From the IMG/VR virus record IMGVR_UViG_3300047457_001149, positions 1-64,000 of that record: a stretch of 64,000 nucleotides of DNA, one strand, 5' to 3'. The notes under the pieces are model-generated. The model ran no database searches. It had not been told where the DNA came from and saw only the letters and a program-made list of their open reading frames with translations. Source of the DNA: a virus. Below, piece by piece: positions 15,984 through 26,800 of the stretch (positions within the stretch are counted from its first letter, which is position 1; the number at the start of each line of letters is the position of its first letter). The position numbers were made by a program, and so were the translations under genes.

Positions 15984-16360
15984 AGGACGAGAGCCACGTC
16001 TTCTACGAGGACCGCTTTCACAAGCGGATCGTGCACTTTCTTTTCACGTCCTACTTCGCCGCTCCTCACGATCTACGAGAAGTTGCGGCGGAGTTTTGGG
16101 CGTGTTATCAGCATCTTCTAGAAGGTGGCACGGTGACAGAGTTGCCGATCCACCTCATCAACAGGCGTCTCGCCGTGAGCGTGATCAAGAGGATCCTTCG
16201 CGGCGAGCTGGTGCAATTCGACGACGAAAGAGAGAAAGACCATGACGACGGAGAACACGGAGAACAAGGTGGAGAAGAAGGCCAAGAAGGCGGAGCCCAA
16301 GCCCGCCAAGGAGCCCAAGGCGCCGGCGGCGGCCGCGCCGTCCGGCCAGTTCGAGTATGA
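15947..16360 (+). CDS. Hypothetical protein (start uncertain; 3' end overlaps ParB gene)
   Basis: Protein-like composition fills the 15984-16241 gap. Confidence 0.5.
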   Translation: MSKLRQRALRALEDESHVFYEDRFHKRIVHFLFTSYFAAPHDLREVAAEFWACYQHLLEGGTVTELPIHLINRRLAVSVIKRILRGELVQFDDEREKDHDDGEHGEQGGEEGQEGGAQARQGAQGAGGGRAVRPVRV

Positions 16361-17300
16361 GTTCCTGCCTCTCCCCGAGGCGGTGGCCACGGTCGGCCAC
16401 ATCCGCATCGACCCCAAGAAGATCATGGTGTCGAAGTTCGACGCGCGGGCGCAGCCGGCCCCGGTGACGGACGACCTCATCGCCTCGATCAAGGAGAACG
16501 GGCTGATCCAGGATCCGCTCGTCACCTACGCGCGGTCCAAGAGCGGCGAGGAGGGCTGGCTGATCGTCGCCGGCCGTCGCCGTCGCGAGGCCTGCCAGAA
16601 GGCCGGGCTCAAGGAGATCTCGGCCAAGGCCGTCGAGATCACCAGCTTCAAGCAGTACCTCATCCTCGCGGGCGAGGAGAACCTCAAGCGGCAGAACATG
16701 TCGCCCTGGGACATCTACAACTACTTCACCCAGCTGCTCGGGGCGGGGCTGAAGCAGTCGGAGATCAAGGAGGTCTTCCACGTCACCGACGGTTACGTCA
16801 GCCAGTACCTCGCGATCGGCAAGCTCGACGAGCGCGTGCAGAAGCACGTTCGGGCGGCGGCGGACGAGCCCTTCAAGTCGCACGCCGCGTCGGTCGTGCG
16901 CGAGCTCAAGCGGGTCGGAGATCCGGAGGAGCAGGTGGCCTTCGCCCAGAAGGCGATCGACGAGGAGCTCAGCCCGGCGGCGCTGAAGTTCATCATCGAG
17001 AAGTGGCTCAACAAGCAGGCGCAGGCGGCCGAGGAGGGCGAGAAGAAGCCGAAGGCGGGCAGCCGCGCCGTGCGTCTCCCCGAGGAGGTGGACACCTCCC
17101 ACATCAAGCCGCTGCCGAAGGGCGATTTCGCCACGCTCATCAACTACGCCTGCGCGAAGCACGCGAAGGCGAAGGCGTCGGAGAAGGCCACGCCCGAGAG
17201 CGTCGCCTACGCCAAGGGCGTGATGGACGGTCTCCTTCAGGCCGCCGGCCTGAAGGAGACCCCTGCGGCCGCCGCCAAGTCCTCTCCCAAGAAGGACTGA
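16242..17300 (+). CDS. ParB/Spo0J-like DNA-binding protein
   Basis: LIASIKENGLIQDP, IVAGRRRREA, ENLKRQNMSP, followed by an HTH. Confidence 0.88.
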   Translation: MTTENTENKVEKKAKKAEPKPAKEPKAPAAAAPSGQFEYEFLPLPEAVATVGHIRIDPKKIMVSKFDARAQPAPVTDDLIASIKENGLIQDPLVTYARSKSGEEGWLIVAGRRRREACQKAGLKEISAKAVEITSFKQYLILAGEENLKRQNMSPWDIYNYFTQLLGAGLKQSEIKEVFHVTDGYVSQYLAIGKLDERVQKHVRAAADEPFKSHAASVVRELKRVGDPEEQVAFAQKAIDEELSPAALKFIIEKWLNKQAQAAEEGEKKPKAGSRAVRLPEEVDTSHIKPLPKGDFATLINYACAKHAKAKASEKATPESVAYAKGVMDGLLQAAGLKETPAAAAKSSPKKD

Positions 17301-18125
17301 TCAGCTGAAGATGTCTGCGAGGCCGTCGATCTCTTCTTGAGATAGATGGTCTCGCAGACGCTTCAGTCCCCGGTCGCGCACGTCCCCGACGCGCGCCGGC
17401 GTCATCTGGGAGCCGTCGATCTCGTAGAGGAGCTGGCCCACCTCTTCGACGCTCTTCGGCTCTCCTCCTCGCAGCCCGAACAAGTAGATCAGCACCAAGC
17501 GCTCGACGCGGCTCAGGTTCGCCTGGGCCAGCAGGCTGAGCCCGTCGATCGATTTGGTGATGGTCTCTCGTTCAATATCGATGGCGTCGTCAGGGATGAC
17601 GAGGCCGTCGATCGAAGATATGACCGGCTCCTCAAAGCCCTGAATAGCTTCGCCGGCTGCTTGCCGCCGCTCGTTCTCGACCCGACTCTTCCGCATCTCT
17701 TTGCGGGTGTGACTAGGGACGTGAACTACGCGAACTTTGTAGAGGCACTCTTGCATCCTGACGTTGATCCAGTTGCTGGCGTAAGTCAGAAAGCGGTTGC
17801 CGCGCTCAGGCTCAAAGAGCGTGATCGCGTGCATCAGCCCTTCGTAGCCGGCGGAGATCAAGTCAGAGAAGAGCCAGTCGCCGTGCGACTTTCTCCGCGC
17901 TTGTCGAATGACGAACCGGAGGTAACCGCACGCGATGCGTTGAGCAAGAACTTTGTACTCTTCCTTAGCGGCTTCGCGCGTCACGACGTTTGTCGATAGC
18001 TCGGACCGCGTGCGCGCAGCGCGGTACGCCGTAAACATCGACAGCTCTTCCGCTGACGAGGGGAGCGAATACTCTCCAACCTCGCGAAAGTGAACATCTA
18101 GTAGTTCGTTGCCGCTTTTGGTCAT
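17301..18125 (-). CDS. Sigma-70 family RNA polymerase sigma factor
   Basis: Region 2 DLISAGYEGLMHAITLFEPERGNRFLTYASNWI; region 4 LFGL...SVEEVG...RGLKRLR; likely start MTKSGNEL at 18125. Confidence 0.88.
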   Translation of the reverse strand: MTKSGNELLDVHFREVGEYSLPSSAEELSMFTAYRAARTRSELSTNVVTREAAKEEYKVLAQRIACGYLRFVIRQARRKSHGDWLFSDLISAGYEGLMHAITLFEPERGNRFLTYASNWINVRMQECLYKVRVVHVPSHTRKEMRKSRVENERRQAAGEAIQGFEEPVISSIDGLVIPDDAIDIERETITKSIDGLSLLAQANLSRVERLVLIYLFGLRGGEPKSVEEVGQLLYEIDGSQMTPARVGDVRDRGLKRLRDHLSQEEIDGLADIFS

Positions 18126-18136
18126 CTTGTAGAACC

Positions 18137-18166
18137 TTGACCCTGTTTGCCGCAGCATGGTACAAC
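18137..18166 (+). promoter_or_regulatory. Sigma-70-like promoter TTGACC-18-TACAAC with extended TG
   Basis: In the divergent intergenic gap, upstream of the 18193 gene. Confidence 0.55.
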
Positions 18167-18192
18167 TGTTCGTCCGAAGGCAAGGAAGACAC

Positions 18193-19305
18193 ATGAGCAA
18201 AAAGCAGAACAAGCAGACCGAGCAGGCCACCACCAACACCCCCACCACGACCGAGGCAGAACCCATGACGACCGAGATCGTTTCTCCCGCCACTGACGCG
18301 CTCGACGTTCCCGTCAGCGCGCTCACCAAGAAGTACTCCGAGGCGCTGCCGGAGTGGCAGCAGTATCTGGAACAGGTCGCTCCGCCCTCGGTGGGCGAGG
18401 TAGACCGCGCCATCAGCGGGCTCGCTGAGCCGAAGCGCAAGGCGTTCCTCAGCGCGCTCGCGCGCATGAACCCCGTGAAGCTCGGCCAGCACACCAGCCG
18501 GCGCGAGTTCTCGCTGCCGGACATCCGCATCTATCACGGCACCGGCAACGACGAGATGCGCCCGGCTGACTGCCCCACCGGCGGCATCTACGGCACGGAC
18601 GGCCGCCTCCTCGCGGCGCCGAAGGCGGCGCTGGCGAATCTGAAGCACAACCCGAAGCACGCCGGGCTCGGGACTGCCATCTCCGGCTTCGTCATCGGCA
18701 TGCACGAGGCGGGCACCTTCTGGCCGCCGCGCACGGGCACGCTGCCGGCGGGCGTCGAGGTTCGTACGAACGTCCCCATCTGCCGCACGCTCGACCGCAA
18801 GCGCGGCGACTACTTCGGCAGCTGCGAGGCCTGCGTCTACCGTCCCTTCAAGGACGGCAAGTCCAACAAGGACGCCTGCCGGAACGAGGACCACGCCTAC
18901 TTCGTCCTCGCAGACTTCTCTGGCGTCTACCGCATCGTCTTCTCCGGCACGTCCATCAAGCCCGGCTCGGCGGCCATCAAGAAGAAGAGCCGCCCGTGGG
19001 AGGCCTACTTCTCGCACGCCTTCGACCTCGACGCGCGCGAGCGTACGGAGAACTCGAACCGCTGGTTCGAGCTCACCGCTGACGTCTCGACCGACGCGCC
19101 CGAGCCGAGCGAGGCCGAGCTCGTGCTCCTCAACGCGCTCACGCGGCAGATCGACTACGAGATCTTCTTCCCCCGCGTCTACTCGATCTACACCTCGCCC
19201 CCCAAGGCGACGGTGTCGCAGGGATCCGTGTCCGACATGGACAGCCTCCTCAGCGCCGTCGGCGGGGCGGACGTGAAGAAGGACGTCAGCAACAAGAACC
19301 TGTAG
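18193..19305 (+). CDS. Hypothetical replication protein, possibly Zn-binding ssDNA-binding protein
   Basis: AAGGAAG RBS, strong codon bias; CRTLD..CEAC..C cluster; sits among replication genes and is followed by a strong hairpin. Function is inferred only. Confidence 0.5.
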   Translation: MSKKQNKQTEQATTNTPTTTEAEPMTTEIVSPATDALDVPVSALTKKYSEALPEWQQYLEQVAPPSVGEVDRAISGLAEPKRKAFLSALARMNPVKLGQHTSRREFSLPDIRIYHGTGNDEMRPADCPTGGIYGTDGRLLAAPKAALANLKHNPKHAGLGTAISGFVIGMHEAGTFWPPRTGTLPAGVEVRTNVPICRTLDRKRGDYFGSCEACVYRPFKDGKSNKDACRNEDHAYFVLADFSGVYRIVFSGTSIKPGSAAIKKKSRPWEAYFSHAFDLDARERTENSNRWFELTADVSTDAPEPSEAELVLLNALTRQIDYEIFFPRVYSIYTSPPKATVSQGSVSDMDSLLSAVGGADVKKDVSNKNL

Positions 19306-19311
19306 CCTCCG

Positions 19312-19360
19312 CAGAAGAAGCCGGTCTGAGCCTTTACGGGGTTCAGGCCGGCTTCTTCTG
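19312..19360 (+). terminator. Long hairpin / intrinsic terminator
   Basis: CAGAAGAAGCCGGTCTGAGCC...GGTTCAGGCCGGCTTCTTCTG, ~21-bp stem just after stop 19305. Confidence 0.75.
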
Positions 19361-19395
19361 TCCCCCCCCTACTGTTCTTTTGCCTCCGGAGTCCG

Positions 19396-20274
19396 ATGAG
19401 CACCTACAGCGAACACGTCCTGCGGCAAGCCCCTTGGTCGATCTCAAAGGTGGGCGTTCTCGATCTGTGCATGAAGCAGTTCTTGCACAAGTACATCGAG
19501 AAGCTCAAGGAGGGTAAGAAGAGCGGCGCGTCGCGCGTGGGGGTGGTTGCGCACGCCATCCTTGAGGACGGGCTGCGCACGCCTAACGCTGACTTGCAGA
19601 GCGTGCTGCGGACACAAGCTGAAGAGCAGCAGCTTTCGCGGGAAGAGCTTATTGAAGTCAGCGCGAAGATGTCTCCCATCGCAGACTTCATCAAGCGCAT
19701 CGAAACCTTCAAGACGAACAACGGCGTCGTTGAAGAGTTCATCGAGCACAAGCTGGCGCTAAACGAGCGCCACGAGTCCTGCTCTTTTTTTGAGACCAAG
19801 GACGAGGCCGGCAACATCACGAGCAAGCCTCTGCTGCGCGGTGTCATCGACCACGCGATGCGCACGTCCGATGACTTTCTGATCGTGCTCGATCATAAGT
19901 CCGGCCGGAAGAAGGACATTGGGGAGCACAGCACGCAGTTCTACGCTTACATGGCGCTGGCTACGGCAGCCTTTCCGTGGCTCAAGGGCGTGCAGGCGGG
20001 GATCAACTACATCGGAGAGCCAAAGGTTGATTGGTTCCCGCGCTTTGACAATCGCCCCGGGGCCTGGACTCGGGAAGAGATTGTTCGGATCGTTTTCCCT
20101 TGGCTTCAGCAATATCTCAACCGCACTGCGGTGAAGCTCTCGCAGATTGAAGCCGGCAACGTCCGGCCCGAGACGGGGTGGCAGTGCCTGTACTGCGGCT
20201 TCTCCTCGGTCTGCGAGAAGGGACAAGAAGAGCTTGACCGTCGCGCTCGACGAAAGTCGGCGCCCAATCTCTGA
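19396..20274 (+). CDS. Second PD-(D/E)XK RecB/Cas4-like nuclease
   Basis: WSISK, GVVAH, GVID, LDHKSG, QFYAY, CLYCGF..VC. Confidence 0.85.
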   Translation: MSTYSEHVLRQAPWSISKVGVLDLCMKQFLHKYIEKLKEGKKSGASRVGVVAHAILEDGLRTPNADLQSVLRTQAEEQQLSREELIEVSAKMSPIADFIKRIETFKTNNGVVEEFIEHKLALNERHESCSFFETKDEAGNITSKPLLRGVIDHAMRTSDDFLIVLDHKSGRKKDIGEHSTQFYAYMALATAAFPWLKGVQAGINYIGEPKVDWFPRFDNRPGAWTREEIVRIVFPWLQQYLNRTAVKLSQIEAGNVRPETGWQCLYCGFSSVCEKGQEELDRRARRKSAPNL

Positions 20275-20292
20275 CCAGGGCTGAGGGGCTCC

Positions 20293-23200
20293 ATGGCGAG
20301 GAAAGCTGCCGCTGCCGTCGGCGCGGCAAAGTTCACATACAACGACAGTCACAAACTCATGAGCCGGCTCGACCTGGGCCAGTTCAAGACGCTGCTGGAG
20401 CACACGTTCCCAGAGAATCGAATCATTCAAGTCGGCGCGTCGGCCATCAAGACAAACTGCCTCGCATCGTCCGTGACGGGGCACGTCGACAAGAACCCGT
20501 CGATGTACCTCGACGTCGCGCGGGGCACCGTCAGGTGCAAGGCCTGTGGTTATTTCACGCGCGACGTGCTCCAGCTCTTTCAAGACGCGCGGGGCTGGTC
20601 CTATCGGGAGACGCTTAGCCAGATCCTCACGTACACAGGACAGCGGCTCGTCTCTGACAAACTTGAGGCCGAGGTTGAGGCCTACGACATTCACAACCTC
20701 GCGCACGTCATTCTCCTGTGGGTCTGTTCGACCTACACGCAGAGACTCCTGGCGCCGCCCGTCGACCCGGAGGACCGTAAGAACTACGACGACATCGCGC
20801 TGCACGCCGCCGCAGCGGTTCTCGACTGGCTCTTCAAGCAGCGCGGGCACCGCCCCGAGCTGCTCCCGCAGCTTCCTTACGGCGTATGGCCGCCCGCACA
20901 CATCCTGACCTCGTACGCCGCTCAGCGCTTGGAAGACGTCGCTAACGCGCAGTACGCGCGCTACCAGAACACGTTCCTTACGCCCGAGCGGCGAGAGAAG
21001 GTGCTCGACCGCATCAAGCACCTGACCGCCAACGTCGGCATGGAGTGGACTAACTCCGTCGCGTTCTTCAACGGCCACGGCCTCCGTACGCCCGGCAAGA
21101 TCCGCCTTCGCCGGCCGGCTCACGATGACCAGAAAGACGGGAACTATCTCGTCCTCCCGGGCTTCGCGGACAACGACCCCATCGGCTACTTCGGTCTTTG
21201 GGCGAATCATCTCGGCGGCCTCGATCCCTCCGAGGCCAAGGCGCTCCGGTTCTATCTCGTCGAGGGCGAGAACGACGCCATCAGCGCACAGGAGCAGCTG
21301 TTGTCCCGAGGCGAGACGGGCTACGTCTTTCTCGCTTCCAACGGTTCGCACAACGACATCGACGCGCTCGCTGGAGCGGGCATCGACGCCGTTCACCTTT
21401 TGCCAGACCACCCCACGCGGGGCAACGGAGAGGTCTGGATGCGGGGCCGGCTGGTCACCGCTAGCGAAGTCCCGGTGCGCGTCTTTCGCGGCTGGTCTGA
21501 GCTAGACACGATCCCAGGGATGCCGAAGGACCCAGACGATGCTATCGCCCTGGGCGGCTTCGACGTCGTAAAGCGCGTCGTCATCGACGAGGTCGATAAG
21601 TGGTTCGTGCCAGTGGACGTCTGGGCGCTCGACCGCACCCTTGAGGACGCCACGCTGCTCGGGCCTGACGACATCCGAGAGAAGACTGCCGTCGCCGTCA
21701 GCTACGGCGAGTGCGTTCGTAACGCCACGCAGCTGGCCCAGTACATCGACCGCGTGTGTCAGCGCCTCGGCCTGACTCCCGCGATCGTTCGCGGAATGAT
21801 CATTCGCAGCAAGGACGACGAGGCGGGCCTGATCGCTCGCATCGTCGACGTGCTCAATCGGTCGTTCCATCCGCTCTACAAAGAAGACACGCCGCGAGGC
21901 GCGATCATCTACCTGCACCACCGAGCGACCGACCGGACCATCCGTTTCGGCACGGACGACGGGCAAGGCGCGCTCTCCTCTATCGCCAACGTCGTCGGCG
22001 ACGTCTACACCTTCTTCGTCGAAAACGTCGGCATTCCTGCTTGGATCATCCCGCAGCAGGGTCCGGGCGCGACCATGCCTATCCGAGAGCTTCAGCGGAT
22101 CCTCGCGGACTACGTGAAGATCGCCATGCAGTCGCTCTTTCAAGACCTACCCGCCCGGGAGGAGTGCGAACAGTACGGGCAAGGCCCTCACGCTGTCGAA
22201 GACTTGAACGCGCCGTTTAACGTCGCGCTTTACGTCGTCAACGGCATGTCGGTCTACGAAGGCACGTTCGCGCCAGACGGCACGCCGCGCCTTGACTGGA
22301 AGCGCCTCGAAGGCCCGTCGAAGGGGAAGATGATTTTCCTCCTCGACGCCGTCCCGGTGTTCCCAGAGCTTCGAACGGTCGCCGACTTGGAGGCCGGTAA
22401 CAGCTACACGCTAGAGGACGTGCAGCAGTACATTGGCAAGCTGGCTAAGGTCTACAGCACCGGCTGGAGAACGCTCAACACCGACATTGATGCGCTCCTC
22501 CTCGCGTACTACCAAGCCGCCTTCTCCTGTCCGGTGCTCTGCCCGTCAAAGGTCCACGTCGAGCTCGTGGGCCAGCACTCTTCGGGCAAGTCCACCATGC
22601 TCTCGACCTTCTGCGGGATTCAGTTTCCGCATCTTCAGGTCTGCGTCTGGGCTAAGGGAATGTCGAGCTATACGGCGGCGTCCCTCTACCAAGGCTTCAA
22701 CCGCTGCGCGACCATGATGGGTCTCGAAGAGTTCACGCGCGACCTCTCGACGAATACGGCCAAGAACGGGCAGATTCAGTCGTGTAACGAGATCCTTCGC
22801 CAGTGCACCTTTCCCGGCGGCGCGGTCATCACTCGCGCCATTCCAACGGGCGGGGTCAAGAAGATGATCATCGCCACCAACGTCGTTACGGCGTCAATCA
22901 ATCCGGCTCACGACCCGCAGGACGCGAGCCGCCGCATGACCATTGAGACGGTCAAAGTGGAGGGCCTCAAAGACCCGTCCATTCAGTTTGCCGAGGTCTT
23001 TCCGCCGGACGAGATGACGCGCATGCGCCGAGTCTTCGGCCTGGGCCTCTTCAAGTTCTTCCGCGTCTTCCGAGAACACTTCTCCGTGATCGAACGCGAG
23101 CTTGCGACGGGAAAGGTCGTGACTTCGTTTGCGGTCGACACGCGCTTCCTTCGTAACTTCTATCCCGTGGCGCCGCTTATGACCATGCTCGGGCAGGACT

Positions 23201-23787
23201 GGAAGTCGTTCGTGATTCGAGTGACTGAGTCGCGTCGCGGGCGCCTCACCGCCAACGCGCGAAACAACATCTCCACCCAGCTCTTCGACACGCTCCTGCG
23301 CACGAACAACTTGCGGATCGGGAGCACGGGGGCCGTTACCTCAGCGGCCGTCATGCTCGCGTCCAGTGACCCTACGCGTTGGATGGCCCTCAACCACGCG
23401 CAGTCGGGCGTCTACTACTTCGACGACATGGGGCTCATGGTCATCGACTGGATCTCGGTCGTCTCCCCCGGCGGCCTTTTGCACCGCGTCGAGCCTTACT
23501 GCCGCACGCAGTACAACTTGCTCAAGCATCAGCTGGACCAGCATCCTTTCGCACTCCGCGAGCATCAGTACGACACTGGCCGAGTTCTCTCTGCGCTCCG
23601 CACTCTGGGCGGATTCATGCGAACGGACGAGATCACGGTCCTCAACGTCAAGAAGCCCATCGAAGAGCTCCGCGCCGCGTACGTCGATCGTCCGGTCGAA
23701 TCACGCGACGTCGGAGTGCCTCGGCCTGACCTCGCTGACGACGGCCCGCCGGGGCTGCCCCGCAAGCGTCAGGTCTTCAACAACTAG
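20293..23787 (+). CDS. DNA primase (Zn finger + TOPRIM) fused to P-loop NTPase/helicase
   Basis: C..H.DKNPS..CKAC Zn-binding domain; VEGENDA and KDPDD TOPRIM; GQHSSGKST Walker A, LEEF Walker B-like. Confidence 0.82.
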   Translation: MARKAAAAVGAAKFTYNDSHKLMSRLDLGQFKTLLEHTFPENRIIQVGASAIKTNCLASSVTGHVDKNPSMYLDVARGTVRCKACGYFTRDVLQLFQDARGWSYRETLSQILTYTGQRLVSDKLEAEVEAYDIHNLAHVILLWVCSTYTQRLLAPPVDPEDRKNYDDIALHAAAAVLDWLFKQRGHRPELLPQLPYGVWPPAHILTSYAAQRLEDVANAQYARYQNTFLTPERREKVLDRIKHLTANVGMEWTNSVAFFNGHGLRTPGKIRLRRPAHDDQKDGNYLVLPGFADNDPIGYFGLWANHLGGLDPSEAKALRFYLVEGENDAISAQEQLLSRGETGYVFLASNGSHNDIDALAGAGIDAVHLLPDHPTRGNGEVWMRGRLVTASEVPVRVFRGWSELDTIPGMPKDPDDAIALGGFDVVKRVVIDEVDKWFVPVDVWALDRTLEDATLLGPDDIREKTAVAVSYGECVRNATQLAQYIDRVCQRLGLTPAIVRGMIIRSKDDEAGLIARIVDVLNRSFHPLYKEDTPRGAIIYLHHRATDRTIRFGTDDGQGALSSIANVVGDVYTFFVENVGIPAWIIPQQGPGATMPIRELQRILADYVKIAMQSLFQDLPAREECEQYGQGPHAVEDLNAPFNVALYVVNGMSVYEGTFAPDGTPRLDWKRLEGPSKGKMIFLLDAVPVFPELRTVADLEAGNSYTLEDVQQYIGKLAKVYSTGWRTLNTDIDALLLAYYQAAFSCPVLCPSKVHVELVGQHSSGKSTMLSTFCGIQFPHLQVCVWAKGMSSYTAASLYQGFNRCATMMGLEEFTRDLSTNTAKNGQIQSCNEILRQCTFPGGAVITRAIPTGGVKKMIIATNVVTASINPAHDPQDASRRMTIETVKVEGLKDPSIQFAEVFPPDEMTRMRRVFGLGLFKFFRVFREHFSVIERELATGKVVTSFAVDTRFLRNFYPVAPLMTMLGQDWKSFVIRVTESRRGRLTANARNNISTQLFDTLLRTNNLRIGSTGAVTSAAVMLASSDPTRWMALNHAQSGVYYFDDMGLMVIDWISVVSPGGLLHRVEPYCRTQYNLLKHQLDQHPFALREHQYDTGRVLSALRTLGGFMRTDEITVLNVKKPIEELRAAYVDRPVESRDVGVPRPDLADDGPPGLPRKRQVFNN

Positions 23788-23831
23788 GAGTCACATGATC
23801 ACCGAGAGCCGTCAGGCGCTCAGGAGCGGCG

Positions 23832-26800
23832 ATGCCTACCGTCACGCTCGCTGAGCCGCCTCCGCCATTCCATTGTTCGGTGTGCGCCAAGCCCGAGCTC
23901 GTCAACAAGGCGGGACCTGGCTGCGTCGCTTGCCCTGCGTTTAAGGGCGCGCACTACTACCCCCAGAGCGAGGGCTCTGACATTGCCGACGTCGTTATCG
24001 TCGGTGACGTCCCAAGCCCTCCGCGTCTTGTGGTCCTCGACGGCAAGCAAGTCGAGGCGCCCGAGATCTTTCACCAATCGTTCAAGGACGACGGCGCCCG
24101 CGTCCTCAAGAACGCGATTCGCGAAGTCCAGCGAAAGTCCCCCGACCAGTTCGGCAACCTCAACTTCCGGTACGTGTACGCGGTAAAGTGCGCGGTCGAC
24201 AGTCCGAGCAAGGCGGCGATTACGGCGTGCCGCACGCCGCTCAAAGCTGAGCTCAACCGCGTCGCCTCTTTCCGAAACCCTGACGGGCTCGACAAGCACC
24301 TGACGGTTCTCGCGTGCGGCGTACCCGCGCTGCACGCGCTCGGCGTTCCCGTTCGCTCCGAAAAGGAAGCTAGCGGGCGCGTCTTCGACAACGTCCCGTT
24401 CGGCGACGTCCGCCTAACCGTCATCTTCACGCGCTCGCTCAAGGCGTTGGCGGTGGCGGTCGGCAAGTACAGCTCTCTCCTCGCTGATGTCGAGCGCGCC
24501 ATGCGCATCGCCACTAAGGCTGAGGTTCGCACGCTGCCGCAAGAAGAGGTCGAGAAGGACTACGTCTACCCGAAGACTCTCGACGAGGTGAAGGCGCTTG
24601 TGCAGCACGTCTTCCACTACACCGGGGACGCCAACGTGTCCTCGATGGACTGGAAGATCTCTTTCGACACCGAGACCAACACGCTCCACCCGCACTGGTC
24701 GGGCACGAAGCTGGTCGCGGTCTCCTTCGCGTGGGACACGGGCAAGGCGGCTACCGTCGCGCTCTGGCACCACGAGACGCCCTACGACCCGCAGGCCGCT
24801 TACGAGGAGGTCTGCTGGCTGCTGCGATCCGGCAAGCCCGTCGTCTGGTTCAACGCTAAGTACGACTTCAAGGTCTTCTGGCGCCTGGGCTGGCCACAAG
24901 GGCCGGTCGGCAACATCTCCTGGGACGTCTTCCTGGGCGAACACGTTCTCGAAGAAGACAAGAAGGGGCAGTACAATCTCAAGTACCTGACCAAGCAGGA
25001 CTTGCCCTTCCTCGCCGGCTACGAGGACAAGCTGCACGATGTCTTGGAGAAAAACGACAGCGCGCCGCTGTCGACCGTGAAGGTGAGCGAGACAAAGACG
25101 GTCAAGCTGCCGCAGGCGGTCGCGGACGCGCTGCAACGCTGCATCGACGCGAAGTTCATCAAGTCGGCCAATTTCCGGGCGACGACCATGACCAAGCTCT
25201 TGAGCAGCGCTGAGACAACGGCGGAGCAGAAGGCTGACGTTCAGATCCTCGTGAACGCAAAGGCCAACGGCGAGTTTACGGAGAAGGCTGAGAAGGCGGC
25301 GAAGAAGGAGAAGAAACAGCAGGGCGGATTCGAGAACGTCCCGCTGAAAGAGATGTACTTCTACGCCGCCGTCGACGCTGACGCCACGCGCCGACTCTAC
25401 GTCAAGCAGCGCCATCGCATGGCGGACGAGGATGACAAGTTCGCGCGTTGGCGCGAGCAGGTTGACACTGAAATTCGTTTCGGGCCACCCAACAGCGAGC
25501 TCTCAGCCTACCGGGTCGAGGTGCTGTGCTCGAACGACTCTCCGCTGGAGCGGCTGGTGCGGGAGGACTACCTGCCGCGCCAAACGCAGCTGGCGAAGAT
25601 CGAGTTCAACGGCATCAACATCGATCAGAGCTATCGAGAGTGGGGCGAGCGCGCGCTCGACAACACGATCAACGCCACCACCGAGAAGATCTACGAGCTC
25701 TGCGGAGAGTCGTTCAAGCTCGGCAGCGCAAAGAAGCTCGCGACATTCCTCTTCGAGGGCGGCGCAGGCTACATCCATCCGGACCCCGAGCTCGCCCGAC
25801 AGATCGCAGAGGAGAACCCTCAAACGGTCCGTTACGTCGGCGGGCGGATGATGTTCCGTTCGCAGCACTACACCCTGAAGGGCCAGATGCAGACGAGCGA
25901 GGCGGTGCTGAAGCACCTCGTCGCGCGCTACCGCTGCCCGCTAGCCAACCTGCTGATGACTTTGAAGAAGGCCGACAAGGCGCGCAACAGCTTCTTCAAG
26001 AACATCGGCGTCCTGTCGAACATGTTCGGCGACGGGCACATCCACCCGGGCTACAACCTGACGGGCACGAGCACGGGCCGCCTTTCGTCCTCTTCGGGCG
26101 TCGACGGCGTCGGCTTCAACAATCAGAACATCCCCAAGGGGATGCTCGGCGCGCTCAAAGACGCGCGCGGCGCCCTCGTCCTCAACGGCGAAGGCAAGCC
26201 GGTCTTTGACGGCGTAAAGTGCAAGCGCCTCTTTCTCCCGGACGACGACAGCTACTGCTTCGGCAACGCTGACGCCAAGGGCGCAGAGGTCTCGATCTTC
26301 GCCGGCTACTCGAAGGACAACGCGCTCACCGCCGCTCTCATCGACGGCATGGACGCGCACTGCTTCTTCGCCAGCCAGTGCTTGAACCCGGACCTCGTGG
26401 CGGCCGGCCTGAGCGGGGAAGATCGTCGGCTGGCGCTCGCCAAGGCGTCGATCGACGATGACCACGCTTGGTCCTACGAGGACTTCCTCAAGGGCAAGGA
26501 CGACCTCCTCGAAGACAAGGCTTACGGCAAGCGGCTCAAGGCCTTGCGCGACAACATCAAGCGCCTCGTCTTCGGCATGCTCTACGGCGCCGGCGTCAAG
26601 AAGGTTGCGGACATCGCGGGCATCAACCTGGAGCTTGCCAAAAAGATCCAGGAGTTGCTCTTCTCGAAGTTTCCGACTATCAAGAGCTTCATCGACCAGA
26701 CGATCTGGGAGATGCGGATGTTCGGAATCGTCGAGACGTACCACGGGCGGCGCCGCCGCTTCTCCCTCGGAAAGAGCGCGCCGTCGTCGCTTCGATCCAA

